A stretch of 64,000 nt of DNA. It comes from Chrysomallon squamiferum. Lineage: Eukaryota; Animalia; Mollusca. Where the stretch lies: assembly GCA_012295275.1 (NCBI GenBank), contig CM022672.1, positions 5,890,001 through 5,954,000 on the forward strand, in the 5' to 3' direction. Position numbers and translations under genes: made by a program. This document shows positions 12,096 through 23,475 of the stretch, one piece after another; position 1 is the first letter of the stretch, and each line of letters opens with the position of its first letter. The notes under the pieces were generated by a model, which was not told where the DNA came from, did no database searches, and was given only the letters and a program-made list of their open reading frames with translations.

Positions 12096-13467
12096 ATTTA
12101 TGCAGAAACATCGTCCAAATTCTTATCCCTCCATCACGTCCCTCCCACTCTCACCCAGATCTACTTCTGAAACATTTCTCATCGCGGTTGGTTAGAGTCA
12201 ATAGTAGTAGAACTGAAAGTTCGTAGTAAAAACGAGAAAAATCTCTGGTTTTAATCAACTTGTGACATTCCTCTGCACTCGCTTTCTCTTTGTTTTATGC
12301 GGTCAGCGTTACGCCTTTCCACTTATTCATTGACAGCCTCGTCATGAAAACAGCATGTTTAACTCGTTATGGCAATTCCCAGGCGGCCATTAAAACATTG
12401 CCGACGACTGTTTTGACACAAAACAAACAAATCGGAGCAGCATGGCTTATTTATTTTAACGTTAAAACAATAACCGTTCCGCACTTAAAACGAATTATTA
12501 AAGATTTATTGGACAGAATCTGACATAATCGTTTTGATCGGTTTATTTAAAGTTCGGCTAGCGATCTTAATTTATCGTCCAAAACCATTTTAATGAGAAT
12601 GATAATGACAAGTTTTAAGATTTACATTTATTTAATATATCACATAGTCTAAAATTTATTTTAATTTCTAATATACATTTTGCAATTATTTCCATATGAC
12701 ACTTACGTTTTACATTTATTTTAATATTTAATTTACATTATTTATTGTAATATCAAATAATAATACGTCTTAAATTTATTTTAGTCTTAAACTTACTATT
12801 TACATTTATTCTGTTATTGAAGTTATCGTGTATTAATCTTAATTTTCAAGTTGCGTTTTGCATTTATTTTAATATTTAACTTACGTGTTACATTATTTTA
12901 ACTTACGTGTTATATTATTTTAACTTACGTCTTGCATTATTTTAACTAACGTTTTGCATTATTTTAACTAACGTTTTGCATTATTTTAACTTATGTGTTA
13001 CATTATTTTAACTTACGTGTTATATTATTTTAATTTACGTCTTACATTATTTTAACTAACGTTTTGCATTATTTTAATTACATATGCATTATTTTAAATT
13101 AAGTATTACATTATTTTAACTTACGTCTTGCATTATATTAGCTTTGGAGTTATATTATTTTAACTTAATTCTTGCATTATTTTAACTTACGTCTTGCACG
13201 CCCAAATTTGCTGCTGGTTACCGCTTCCTTGGCCCCTTCGTAACCCAGCTGCTTGCATACAACGTCGGCATCATTGAGGTCCCAGTCGTCGTCGCAGATA
13301 CTGCCCCATCGGTTGTTGCGGAAGACCAAAACGGAGCCTTCATAATCGCCATGTCCCCCGACAAGTCGAACTTGCCATTCTTTAAATCGTGGTCGTCTGC
13401 TGTCTGCCACCTCCACGAGTTGGGAAACGACGAGCAGACAGCCGAGAATGCTGATCTGTAACTTCAT
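6462..13467 (-). CDS. LOXL: Lysyl oxidase-like protein (2 SRCR domains + LOX catalytic domain), complete; exons 13467-13191, 11515-11025, 10546-10376, 10017-9861, 9562-9422, 8996-8879, 8093-7936, 7032-6938, 6602-6462 (1749 nt, 582 aa)
   Basis: Signal peptide; SRCR motifs VRLVGG...WGSICDDDW and VRIAGG...WGVICSEDW; copper motif [13 protein letters not shown]; LTQ lysine in [12 protein letters not shown] and LTQ tyrosine in [16 protein letters not shown]. All introns are GT-AG and phase-compatible. Confidence 0.93.
6938..7032 (-). CDS. LOXL: LOXL coding exon 8 ([32 protein letters not shown])
   Basis: Contains the LTQ Tyr motif; tttcag| acceptor and |gtaggt donor. Confidence 0.92.
7017..7290. 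repeat. ~36-bp minisatellite (about 7 units) overlapping the LOXL exon-8 acceptor
   Basis: Unit ctgaaat(a/g)tattgttaatgtcagttcaccaacagag starts at 7033, 7069, 7104, 7140, ~7173, 7214, 7250. Confidence 0.85.
7365..7520 (-). mobile_element. Degenerate SINE relic (MetaSINE-like core)
   Basis: Minus strand reads ccatttctcgttccac...gactgg...tgggaaggtgcat...atagcaggtttc. It resembles the mollusc MetaSINE core as I recall it and resembles 45170-45290. Confidence 0.5.
7936..8093 (-). CDS. LOXL: LOXL coding exon 7 ([13 protein letters not shown]...[15 protein letters not shown]...RDQ)
   Basis: Copper His and LTQ Lys motifs; ttttag| acceptor and |gtaaaa donor. Confidence 0.93.
8879..8996 (-). CDS. 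LOXL: LOXL coding exon 6 ([38 protein letters not shown])
   Basis: RRLLKFS/ADFRP/WHSCH LOX motifs; taacag| acceptor and |gtaagt donor. Confidence 0.92.
9261..9455. repeat. ~50-bp degenerate tandem repeat overlapping the LOXL exon-5 donor
   Basis: aaaa(t)ac at 9311, 9361, 9411; exonic tatttctaattacgtaagctga echoed by intronic tatttctaattacgtaggccga (9328-9349). Confidence 0.65.
9422..9562 (-). CDS. LOXL: LOXL coding exon 5 (ELPDLQPD...[17 protein letters not shown]...)
   Basis: LPDL and C.MEENCL motifs at the start of the LOX domain; tttcag| acceptor and |gtaagt donor. Confidence 0.92.
9861..10017 (-). CDS. LOXL: LOXL coding exon 4 (second half of SRCR2)
   Basis: ANYFGG...[13 protein letters not shown]...VAGVVCSS; gacag| acceptor and |gtaatt donor. 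Confidence 0.88.
10376..10546 (-). CDS. LOXL: LOXL coding exon 3 (first half of SRCR2)
   Basis: [19 protein letters not shown]...[21 protein letters not shown]; tttcag| acceptor and |gtgaat donor. Confidence 0.9.
11025..11515 (-). CDS. LOXL: LOXL coding exon 2 (second half of SRCR1 + Thr/Ser-rich and acidic linker)
   Basis: [19 protein letters not shown]...SAGVVC followed by a Thr-rich linker; tttag| acceptor and |gtaaga donor. Confidence 0.87.
12610..13198. repeat. 22-bp minisatellite built from the LOXL exon-1 donor
   Basis: Unit attattttaacttacgtcttgc; about 14 clear copies at 12875-13198 and more decayed copies back to ~12610. Confidence 0.9.
13191..13467 (-). CDS. LOXL: LOXL coding exon 1 (signal peptide + first half of SRCR1)
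   Basis: [23 protein letters not shown] then VRLVGG...WGSICDDDW...VVCKQLGY; |gtaagt donor at 13190. Confidence 0.92.
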
Positions 13468-13959
13468 TGCGAAAACTACGAAATCAGCAATAAATTGCAG
13501 GCTTTATCAACAGAACCGCAAGTCTTTGCAAACTACAGAGACAAATTAATATATGAAGCGACCTAAGCTCTAACAACTGTGTTTCAAAAAGTCTTTTTTC
13601 TTTCTTTCTTTTCTTTTTTTTTTCTTTCTGTGTGTATGTTTTAAAAACAATTGACGTGGGTATTAAAACCCACAAGTAAAACTAAGCAAACAGTTATTTT
13701 TTGAAATGTCTGGATCGTTTTACAGAGCTGTCAAATGCTGGAGACAAAAAAAAAAAAAAACTGCTCAAGACGAAACGCCCACTGCTGTTACTATAGGAAA
13801 TCGGGAAACAATCTGAGATTCTTGACGAACACGCCCATGTAACAGTCTCAAACAGAGCTAATGTCACACGGCATTCGTCGATTCCTTGTAAAGTCAGAAG
13901 AGTTCTTGGAGTCATTTTAAATGTTTACGCTGCTGTTGAGTAAACGAAATCTGAACTAA

Positions 13960-14030
13960 TCCGGCCAATCAGATTTTAGGAATACACTAATCTGACCAAC
14001 TATATTACAGCACAGTTACTGACGTCACAA
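13960..14030 (-). promoter_or_regulatory. Putative LOXL proximal promoter (CCAAT box and CRE)
   Basis: GCCAATCAG at 13964-13972 and perfect TGACGTCA at 14020-14027, about 0.5 kb upstream of the ATG. Confidence 0.45.
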
Positions 14031-14774
14031 ATGTGACAAAGAAAAATAAAGAATTGGTATCATTTGCTCTTTTTAAGAAAAAATATAAGAATTTATTTTT
14101 GTTGATTTTAAAATAAATTTGAGCAAGAATTTTAACTTAAAACAGAATATCATTTATATAAAATAGAAAATAAATATATATTTTTAAATTTTCCCCAAAA
14201 AGAATGCTTTATTAAACTAGAAATCTAAAATACTGACAAACAATAAACTAACGTACTAATATAAATGTCTAAGAAAAAAGTATTCTTTTTTGGAAAATAT
14301 ATTTTTTCATTAGCTCTGTGTGGAGACATGAATGGCAAGATAGAAATACGAATACATTATATAACACAAAATATGCCATAACAAATAAATACGACAGTAT
14401 GCTATATATTTTATAATATGATATACACTGTTGTTACGTTATAAAATATGGTATAATAACACAGTAAGATGGTATGTGAAAAATACTATAATTTGGCTTG
14501 TCATATGAAATAGTATCAGGTACATTTGTCACATAATATGAATGACTTAGTATTTTATGATTTTAAAATTTAATAAACTAAATGACATAACATTTGGAGA
14601 CATATCGTGCAGATCATGCAGTTCCATGCCATTTAATATCATGAATGTCCTGCAGTATGTTATTACATTTTATTAAAAATAGTAACCTGTCGTAAACGTC
14701 GTGTCTTCACATCATTTAATTTCCTATTATTCAAATACTTAGTATGATTACACAATACCATTACAGTTTTGTAA

Positions 14775-15790
14775 CACGTCATATAATTTAAACCTTTTCA
14801 GTGTCGTCACAATTCAGTTACTTATATGACGTTAATCTTTCTTTATCATCATATTTTAGATTAGTTATATGACGTGAATCTTTCTGTCGTCATAATTAAA
14901 TTTCTTATATGACGTGATTCGTTCTATGTCGTCATAATTAGAATACATATATGACATCAATCGTTCTGTCATAATAATTAAAACTGTTATGTGTAGTGCA
15001 TGTTTCTATGTTATCATAATTAAATTACTTACATGACTTTAATCTTTCTGTAATAATATTGTCATCATAATTTATTATTTAATTAATGTGGTCCTTTTTA
15101 TGACATCATTATTAAATTCCTTATATGACACAAATATTTCTGTGAATTATACTAATATTTTTTATTTGACGTTAATCTTTCTTATTATAATCCTAATATA
15201 ACCTATGTCATCATGATTAAATTCCTTATATAACGCTAACCTTTCTGTGTTTTCATAATTAAATTACTTATATGATGTGGACCTTTCTGTGTCAATATAA
15301 TTAAATTCCTGATATGACATGAATCTTTCTATGTCGTCATGATGAAATTCGTTATATAATGTGGACATTTCGGTGGCATCATAATTATATTCCTTATAAT
15401 ATTAACATTTCTGTGTCATTATAATTATATTCCTTATATGACGCGAATCTTTTTTTGTCATTATTAGATCTAATATAAGATGAGCTTTTCTTTTCACATC
15501 ATAATTAAATTTCTTATATAACGTCAACGTTTCTATTTTATCATAATTATATATGAAATGAACCTTTTAATGTCATCATAATTCGGGTCCTCATATGACT
15601 TGAATTTGTCTGTCTTATCATTATTATTCCTTTTTATTTTAATTTTTCTTTCATCGTAACTGTATAACAAAACTAATATTTTTTTATTTATTTTTTTATT
15701 ATTTTTTTATTTTACATTATAATTCTATTTCTTATATGTCACGAACGTTTCTGTGTAATCATAATTATATACCTCTTATGACATAACAAA
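14775..15790. repeat. ~42-bp degenerate minisatellite (roughly 20-24 units)
   Basis: Consensus ~ tcataattaaattccttatatgacgtgaatctttctgtg; period 42 seen at 15254/15296/15338/15380. Confidence 0.8.
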
Positions 15791-15857
15791 TTTTTTTTTT
15801 TTAATAATATCACTTCATCCAGAAATAATAATATTTAATACTTCTTGCTACATTTTA

Positions 15858-15916
<59 letters not shown>

Positions 15917-16140
15917 GTACTTGGTTTTCTTTACTTTAGACAGGAAAAGAAAAAAAAAGCTATACGACCTATTAACCTCGTTTTAAAACCATTTTTTTGT
16001 TATGTGAAGCCTGGGATCGTTAAAAAAATGTGAAAGCCAACAAACTGAGAACGTGTTCAGTTCCTTGGCCCCTTACTACGTGATTTTGGAGAAGTCAGGA
16101 ATTTTCAGTACGTGAATCTTTGCAAACAAAAGAAAGTTTT

Positions 16141-16178
<38 letters not shown>

Positions 16179-16457
16179 AAGTCATGGAAAATTCATCAAC
16201 ACTGATGTTTTTAATTCAGTTTTCTAAATAAGACATGCTGTGTGGGCAAAGACAAGAATTTATAAAAGTACATTTCACCCTTCTGCGATGATAATATTAT
16301 CTAGTATCGTTATATATATATATATATTATTAGTATTATTAGTAGTAAAACTACTACTAGCTGAAGTAGTAGTAGTAATAGACAGACAATTTATATTATA
16401 ATACTAACAACAATAACAAAAACAATAACAATAACAGTGATAATAATAACAACAACA

Positions 16458-16493
<36 letters not shown>

Positions 16494-18800
16494 TAAACAA
16501 TAACAGCAGCAACAACAACAACAATAATCATGATTTATCACCGTCATCATAACAAAAACAGCACGAGAAACAACAACAGTAATAAAGATGATGTCGATGA
16601 TTACAGAAAAGAAAGAACACAAAATATAAATAAATAAATAAATAAAACAAAATAAAAGAAACAACAACAACAACACAGATACAAAAATCTCCAGCTACAA
16701 TATAATAACTTGAACGATAATAATTTATCGACGATAATAATCGTTGTAGTAATAGACGCAGTAGCAGGAGTAGAAGTGGTAATAATTATTATGATTATAA
16801 TAATAAAGTAGAAGTAGTAGTAATAGCAGTAGTGGTTTGTGACGGAGGTGGTGATTCAAACGTATATACTTTAAATAAATATACCTACACGTACATACAC
16901 ATATTCATATACGTACATACGTCGGCTACATACATACATACATACATACATACATACAAACACTGTTTCTGGTTACAGTTACACTGTACAGGAGCAAAAA
17001 AGTCAGAAACACATATCCCCCTTTTTTCTTTTATTTCTTTATTTCTGAAAAATTGTTTTCGAATATTATCAGTTATAAATCTAAGTAAATATGCATAAAT
17101 TCGTGTATGCAGTTCTGCTTCCCCACCACTTGTCTAAACATTAGATAATTTCTGAAACAACATGTGTGGCTTTTACGAAAACACGTTTTGCTTTTACAAA
17201 AGCTGCTTTCATATTCAGCAACTGGTAACATCAAATTCAGGCATAAAGTTCAACAGCCCATTTACGTTTCTGTAGCGCCAAAACCTTTAACGTCGAATGT
17301 GCAAAATTAATTTTGTAGTTTTATGTATAAATCTGCTCTGTTTTAAGGACGATATCATGATATCTGTTTCCAGGAAGCTAATGTAATCATTTATTTGTTC
17401 ATCTATTTATTTTTTGTTTCTTATTTATTTATTTTGTTTTATTTTCTTTATTATTATTATTATTATTATTATTATTTTTTTTTTTTTAAATTTTTTTTTT
17501 TTTTAAATGCAGCGCTAAATTTAACAACATAAGGGAATCATTATGGAAAATAATACCGTGTGAACACACCTATAGATTAATCAATCAATTCGTCGTTGCC
17601 CTCTGGCCCTCTACGACGCCATTGCTTACGTGATGTTTGGCACGTGATCAGCTGTTAATATTAAAGAAAGAGGAGGGATTATTTCCCCTCATAAAATAAC
17701 AATTTATATTACAATTTTTTCACTGACGCGGTTAGAGGACAGATTTTTTGTTGTTGTTGTAAAGTTCATATGCTAGTATCCTAATATATATTAGTATTAT
17801 TAGTAGTAAAACAAGTACTAGCTGAAGTAGTAGTAGTAATAGACAGACTTACCAAAAGCGAAATTTGAGAAATTCCATTTTTTTAATCATTTTCTTCTTT
17901 TTTTTAAAATAAATACCCGTTTCTGTTAGTTAAGACCAAAAATGGCTGCAAATTTCCTCTTTTATAACATCACTGTTACATAAAAAAAAAAGAAAAAAAA
18001 AAACGAAAAAAAAACGTGTTTTAATGAAAATGTACTAAGGTAACATCAAACAAAGGTTCTTCCATTCATTTTTCTATTTAACCAAAACAATGCTTCACCG
18101 ATTTACCAGCAGTTCTGGCTTTGACATTTCGGCCCGACTAAAACAGTCCTGTCCAGGAACTAGGTCGGACTGACATTTCGTGAGAAAGATTTGAGCTGTT
18201 CGAAAAGCAAATCAGGGCCGGTTCTACGATTTCAGACGAAAGGAGTTGGGGATCGCAATCACTGCGGTATCATTTTTGATTAGCAAACGCAGTGTATAGA
18301 AAAATAACAGTAAATCGGTCGGCAAAAGAAAAAGAAAAAAAAAAGTATGAAGAAGAAGAAGAAGAAAAAAGTTATAATAATAACAGTATACAAAATAATA
18401 TGAAAAAACACCAAACAAACAAACACTACAGATGGGGCGTGTACTGTCGCTCCTAGCAACCCGCTCTTGTACATCATGACGTACGTCGTGTTCGCCGTTC
18501 AAAGACAAGTGTAGATCGTCGCAGAAGATAGTCGCCACTTAGAGGCTGTTTTATTACTGCGCCAGTGTAAACAGTGCAGAACTTAATTTGGCGTGACGAT
18601 ACTCAAACGTGCGTCCTGTGTGTTGATATATCTGCAGACAACACAAAAAAGCAAAAACAAAGAGCCAAAAAAAAAAAAAAAAAAAAAAAAAAATGGGGGA
18701 ATAAAAAAGCAGAGAAAATCGACAAGAATTAACTACACATGCACAGACACACACAAAAACAACAATAAAAACAAAACAAACAAAACATTCCACAAAAAAA

Positions 18801-18856
<56 letters not shown>

Positions 18857-19532
18857 AAACGAAAGAAAAACAACAAAAAAAAAACTATAAAAAAAAAAAA
18901 AATAATAATAATAAAAAAGTTTAAATTAAATAAAAATTAAAAATTAAAATAAACAAAAACAATAGCAAAAATATTGATAAATAATAATAATATAAAAAAT
19001 AGATTGTACGTCTGTATGCAAGTGTGAATGCATGTGTGTGTACGTATGTTGGTATGTATGAAAAGAATCAAACGTAGAAAGAATACAAGAACTGTTTCGA
19101 CAACTCCTTATCGCCATTAAAATCAGCTGTGAAAAACTGAAACCAGTTTGAAGCCAATACTTCAGATGCAAATAAAATTTCTGACAATAGAAATATTTTA
19201 CTCGTCTACTTGCGTATATACATGCAGTCATATATATACATATTTCTCACACACATTCAAGAATACATACAAAAATCGATATATAAACACAAACAACATG
19301 CACATCTGCAAACGCCATATTGGATATTTGTCGGAACTAACTACCAAATAATTTACACATAAAATCATACTTAAAATTTCACGTGTATGCTTGTTTGATG
19401 GAGTATTTAAAAAGTGTTTGTGGTTTGTTTGTTTTCGGTTAGGTCACATATATCCAGTGAACGAAGAACATTTTGATAACAGATATTACCAATATTATTA
19501 TGGCACAATGTGTTTGTTTAACTATTCCTTTA

Positions 19533-19565
<33 letters not shown>

Positions 19566-20419
19566 TATTATTATTATTATATGACTTTTAGGATTAATAG
19601 ACTTAACTATAAAATAAATAAAAGTTATAGTCTGCTTTTTCATGAAGAAAAAATAAAAATAACAATACAAATAAAAATAGAATAAATTTAAAAATCCGAT
19701 TGCAATCAGTTTTGTAACCAACATTTTTTCGGTCAAAACATGCATCACGCGATTCATTTGAACTATTTTCCTTTGATGTTTACTGAAATAATAATATGGT
19801 TTATCACAGGGAACATGCGATACGTGTGTCAAGTATCTGGATCAGTAACATGGTTTATTTTATTTTATTTGAAAACAGAATGTCTAATACACTATTTTAA
19901 AATATGTAAAAAATAAATATATAAATAAATAAATATATAAATGATAATATGTAATACCGATAATAATAATAACAATAATAATAATAATGATGATAATAAT
20001 AATACGTAATACTGATAATAATAATAATAATAATAATGATGATGATGATGATGATGATAATAATAATAATAATAATAATAATGATGATGATGATGATAAT
20101 AATAATAATAATAATAATGATGATGATGATGATGATGATAATAATAATAATAATAATAATAATAATCATAATAATAATAATAATAATTTCACAAAAGCCA
20201 CATGTCAGGATTGCTCTATCAGAATGAATACAAGTCAGATTCGTGGCTTATATTTAACGATTGTGTAAGAGATGAAACCCGCTACAATTATCTCGTTATA
20301 TCAGTGATAGGTTGGTGTCTTGTCTCTTTAATCTTCAACTATAGGCTTACGTATAATTTGTGAGGCAGAATGAGAAATTCGTAACTTTTTTCACCCATTT
20401 ATTCTCCTTCACTTTTGTT

Positions 20420-20425
20420 CCTTTC

Positions 20426-20456
<31 letters not shown>

Positions 20457-20519
20457 TTTTTTTTTTTTTTTTTTTTTTTTCTGGAAAGTTGTGCGAAAAT
20501 ATACAATATATCTTATTAA

Positions 20520-20562
<43 letters not shown>

Positions 20563-20782
20563 TTTTTTTTTTTTTTTTTTTTTTTCTGGAAAGTTGTGCG
20601 AAAATTTACAACATATCTTATTAAGTTTTTATTATTATTATTTTTAATTTTTTTTTTTTTTCTGGAAAGTTGTGCGAAAATATACAACATATCTTATTAA
20701 GTTTTTATTATTATTATTTTTTTTTTTTTTTTTTTTCTGGAAAGTTGTGCGAAAATATACAACATATCTTATTAAGTTTTTA
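20420..20782. repeat. Compound tandem repeat: ~40-bp core separated by (ATT)n(T)n tracts; 4 units (3 units at 30050-30268)
   Basis: ctggaaagttgtgcgaaaatatacaacatatcttattaag at 20481, 20586, 20662, 20737. Confidence 0.9.
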
Positions 20783-21045
20783 TAAATCTATTTTATGGTG
20801 GGAAACAATGTAACGAACTCTGGAAACTTCAAACTTTTGAACCAGGTTTCATTTCTTTAAGAGTTTATCTAGTTAAATGTTTTGAATTCATTCACTTCAA
20901 AGTTGTTATGACACCAAACACTTTGTAAAAGAGAACATTTTTGTCTTTAGTTACAGTTATTAAAACATCGCTCAGTTTTGCTACTCATTTTTCTTTGAAG
21001 AATGGTTCATTATATAACCACCCAAATCTTTATATCTCAAAAATA

Positions 21046-21098
<53 letters not shown>

Positions 21099-21296
21099 AA
21101 TATTGATAGATAGATAGATAGATATGCATTATATTTATCCTATTTCTCTTTATTTAGGTAACTATAACATCATTTTATCCAGTATGTCCAGTACCCAAGA
21201 TTTTCATTTGCGCCATGGTACATAACCGAACATATGTAATGTTAAATAAAACATAAATCTACAGCCAGTTCCAAGTATTCTTTTATATATATATAC

Positions 21297-21379
<83 letters not shown>

Positions 21380-22421
21380 ATGACTTTTAATAACGAATCA
21401 GTGGACACTGGGAAGTTTTAATGTTCTTATGTCGCGCAAGGAGAATTAATCATTTGTACAGTTGTCTTATCTTTTCACAGTTAATTATAAATAAGAGGCG
21501 ACAACAAGATGCGATCCTAAAACACAAGACCGTAACATCGATGTTTTCACAAAAAAAAGTTACCAAAATATCATCACGCCGGTGTGGATTTCTGTGTTTC
21601 ACGTTTAATAGAATACTGATAGTAAACGTCCTTGACCTGTCGCAAGAACTTTAACTAGAGGTCACAGTCAAACTGAGTTCATTTCTGATGAAATTGGAAC
21701 TGTGACCATTAAAAATAAAAAAAAAGGGGGGAAAAAAAAGAATTGGTTGTTTGTGTACGTGCATTTGTATCATGGCAGATGTTTAAACAGTAAAAGGACA
21801 TTTTCTTGATTGAAAACACGAACCGACTTGAAAGAGAGAAACTAATCGAAACAGGGTGTTAGGTTTTTAAAGTCTTATAGTCTTAGGTAGTTCAGACATA
21901 ATGACAAGTGACATTAGAAGATAACGTTTAATTCAACTTTATAGCTTTGAAGCTGTTTTTTTTTTTTCATGTATGCGTACGTGTAGGAGAGAGTATCTAT
22001 CTATGTATCTATCTATCAGTCCATTTCTCTATCTATCTATCATTAATATATATATATAAACATATTAGAAGAACAAAAATTGTTTGCACGCACACACATA
22101 TATAATCACAAATACAAACACACTACACCGATACACACTATAAACCAAGCTGAAACCCGCAACAACAGTAACAATTCTTAGGCGAGCGCATAATTACACC
22201 ATACACATATACATACACATATACACACAGTTTATAGAGAGATAGATAAATATAAAATTTTGTTTATTGGTTGGTTTTGTATATGTAATTATATATATAT
22301 ATAAATAGATAGATAGATAGTTAAATATAAAATTATGAGTATGGGTTGGCTGTGTGTGCATATGTATGGATTTGTATATATAAAGGTATATATATATATA
22401 TGTATGTAAGAATGAGAGAGA

Positions 22422-22538
<117 letters not shown>

Positions 22539-22696
22539 TATTCAGAGAATATTCCAAATCGTCTGCAACGGTTAACACCGAGTGTGATCAACAATCGTAC
22601 ATTTTTGTAACCATCTTCAGTAAAGGTGCTAATAACAAGACGACACATAAATAAACGACAGCAATGCAGTTAGTTCTCTTCCAGTAATTCTTCAAA

Positions 22697-23314
22697 ATGA
22701 ACGCTGAAAGCGCCAGGTTTAGAATGAAGGAGATGAGAGAGAAACATGCGTGCCGTGTGTTAGTTCTAGGCGACTGCAGGGTTGGAAAAAGCACGATAAT
22801 TCACCAGTTTTTGAAGGGAGAACTACTCTTGGACAAGACGAAGACGCTGCTGTCACACCAAAAGATTTTCACGCAAAAGACGTCGGAGCTGACGCTGAAC
22901 ATCCTGGAGTTCGGCGGCAACAAAAGCAACGTTCTTCGCGACCACAACATCCACAGCGCCGACGCGTTCGTCTTGGTGTATTCGTTACTGGACGAAAACT
23001 CTTTCGAAACCGTCCGAAGTTTGCGGAGTAAAATCTGCAGTATCAAGAACAGCGAGAACGTCCCTGTCGTTGTTGTGGCCAACAAGAGGGACACGTGGAG
23101 GAGAGGTGTGTCGATGTGGAGGACTGTGGCGGAGTTCACGACGTGCATGGACTGGGAGTGGGTACATACTGAGCTGTCTGCCACAACGTTTGACAAAATC
23201 GCCGAGGTTTTTCAAAACGTTCTCACGCAGGCTGGAATTGACTTCTCGCTCACCAGGTCCCTGGAACCAAGATTTCATTCTCTAGTCCGACGATTTTCAA
23301 TTAGAAAAAAGTAA
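22697..23314 (+). CDS. Intronless atypical Ras-family small GTPase (Rhes/Di-Ras-like), 205 aa, copy 1
   Basis: G1 GDCRVGKS, G3-equivalent ILEFGG, ADAFVLVYS, G4 VVVANKRD, G5-equivalent ELSA; aaaATG context; GC-rich ORF in AT-rich DNA. Confidence 0.9.
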   Translation: MNAESARFRMKEMREKHACRVLVLGDCRVGKSTIIHQFLKGELLLDKTKTLLSHQKIFTQKTSELTLNILEFGGNKSNVLRDHNIHSADAFVLVYSLLDENSFETVRSLRSKICSIKNSENVPVVVVANKRDTWRRGVSMWRTVAEFTTCMDWEWVHTELSATTFDKIAEVFQNVLTQAGIDFSLTRSLEPRFHSLVRRFSIRKK

Positions 23315-23387
23315 CTTTTTCATGAGCTTTATTTGCAGTAATCAGAAATATAGATACAATTATACTCTCTTTGTTGTTTATATAATT

Positions 23388-23475
<88 letters not shown>

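Noticed and set aside
18554-18631. FEYRHAKLSSALF resembling the GTPase G5 region
   Set aside because: Similarity is too weak and has no nucleotide-level support.
21660-21707. Stem-loop with TGATGA/CTGA as a C/D snoRNA
   Set aside because: The boxes are in the wrong order and the element is too short.
22750-23285. Overlapping and antisense ORFs on the GTPase gene (also 32265-32800)
   Set aside because: Expected shadow ORFs of a GC-rich CDS; no recognisable motifs.
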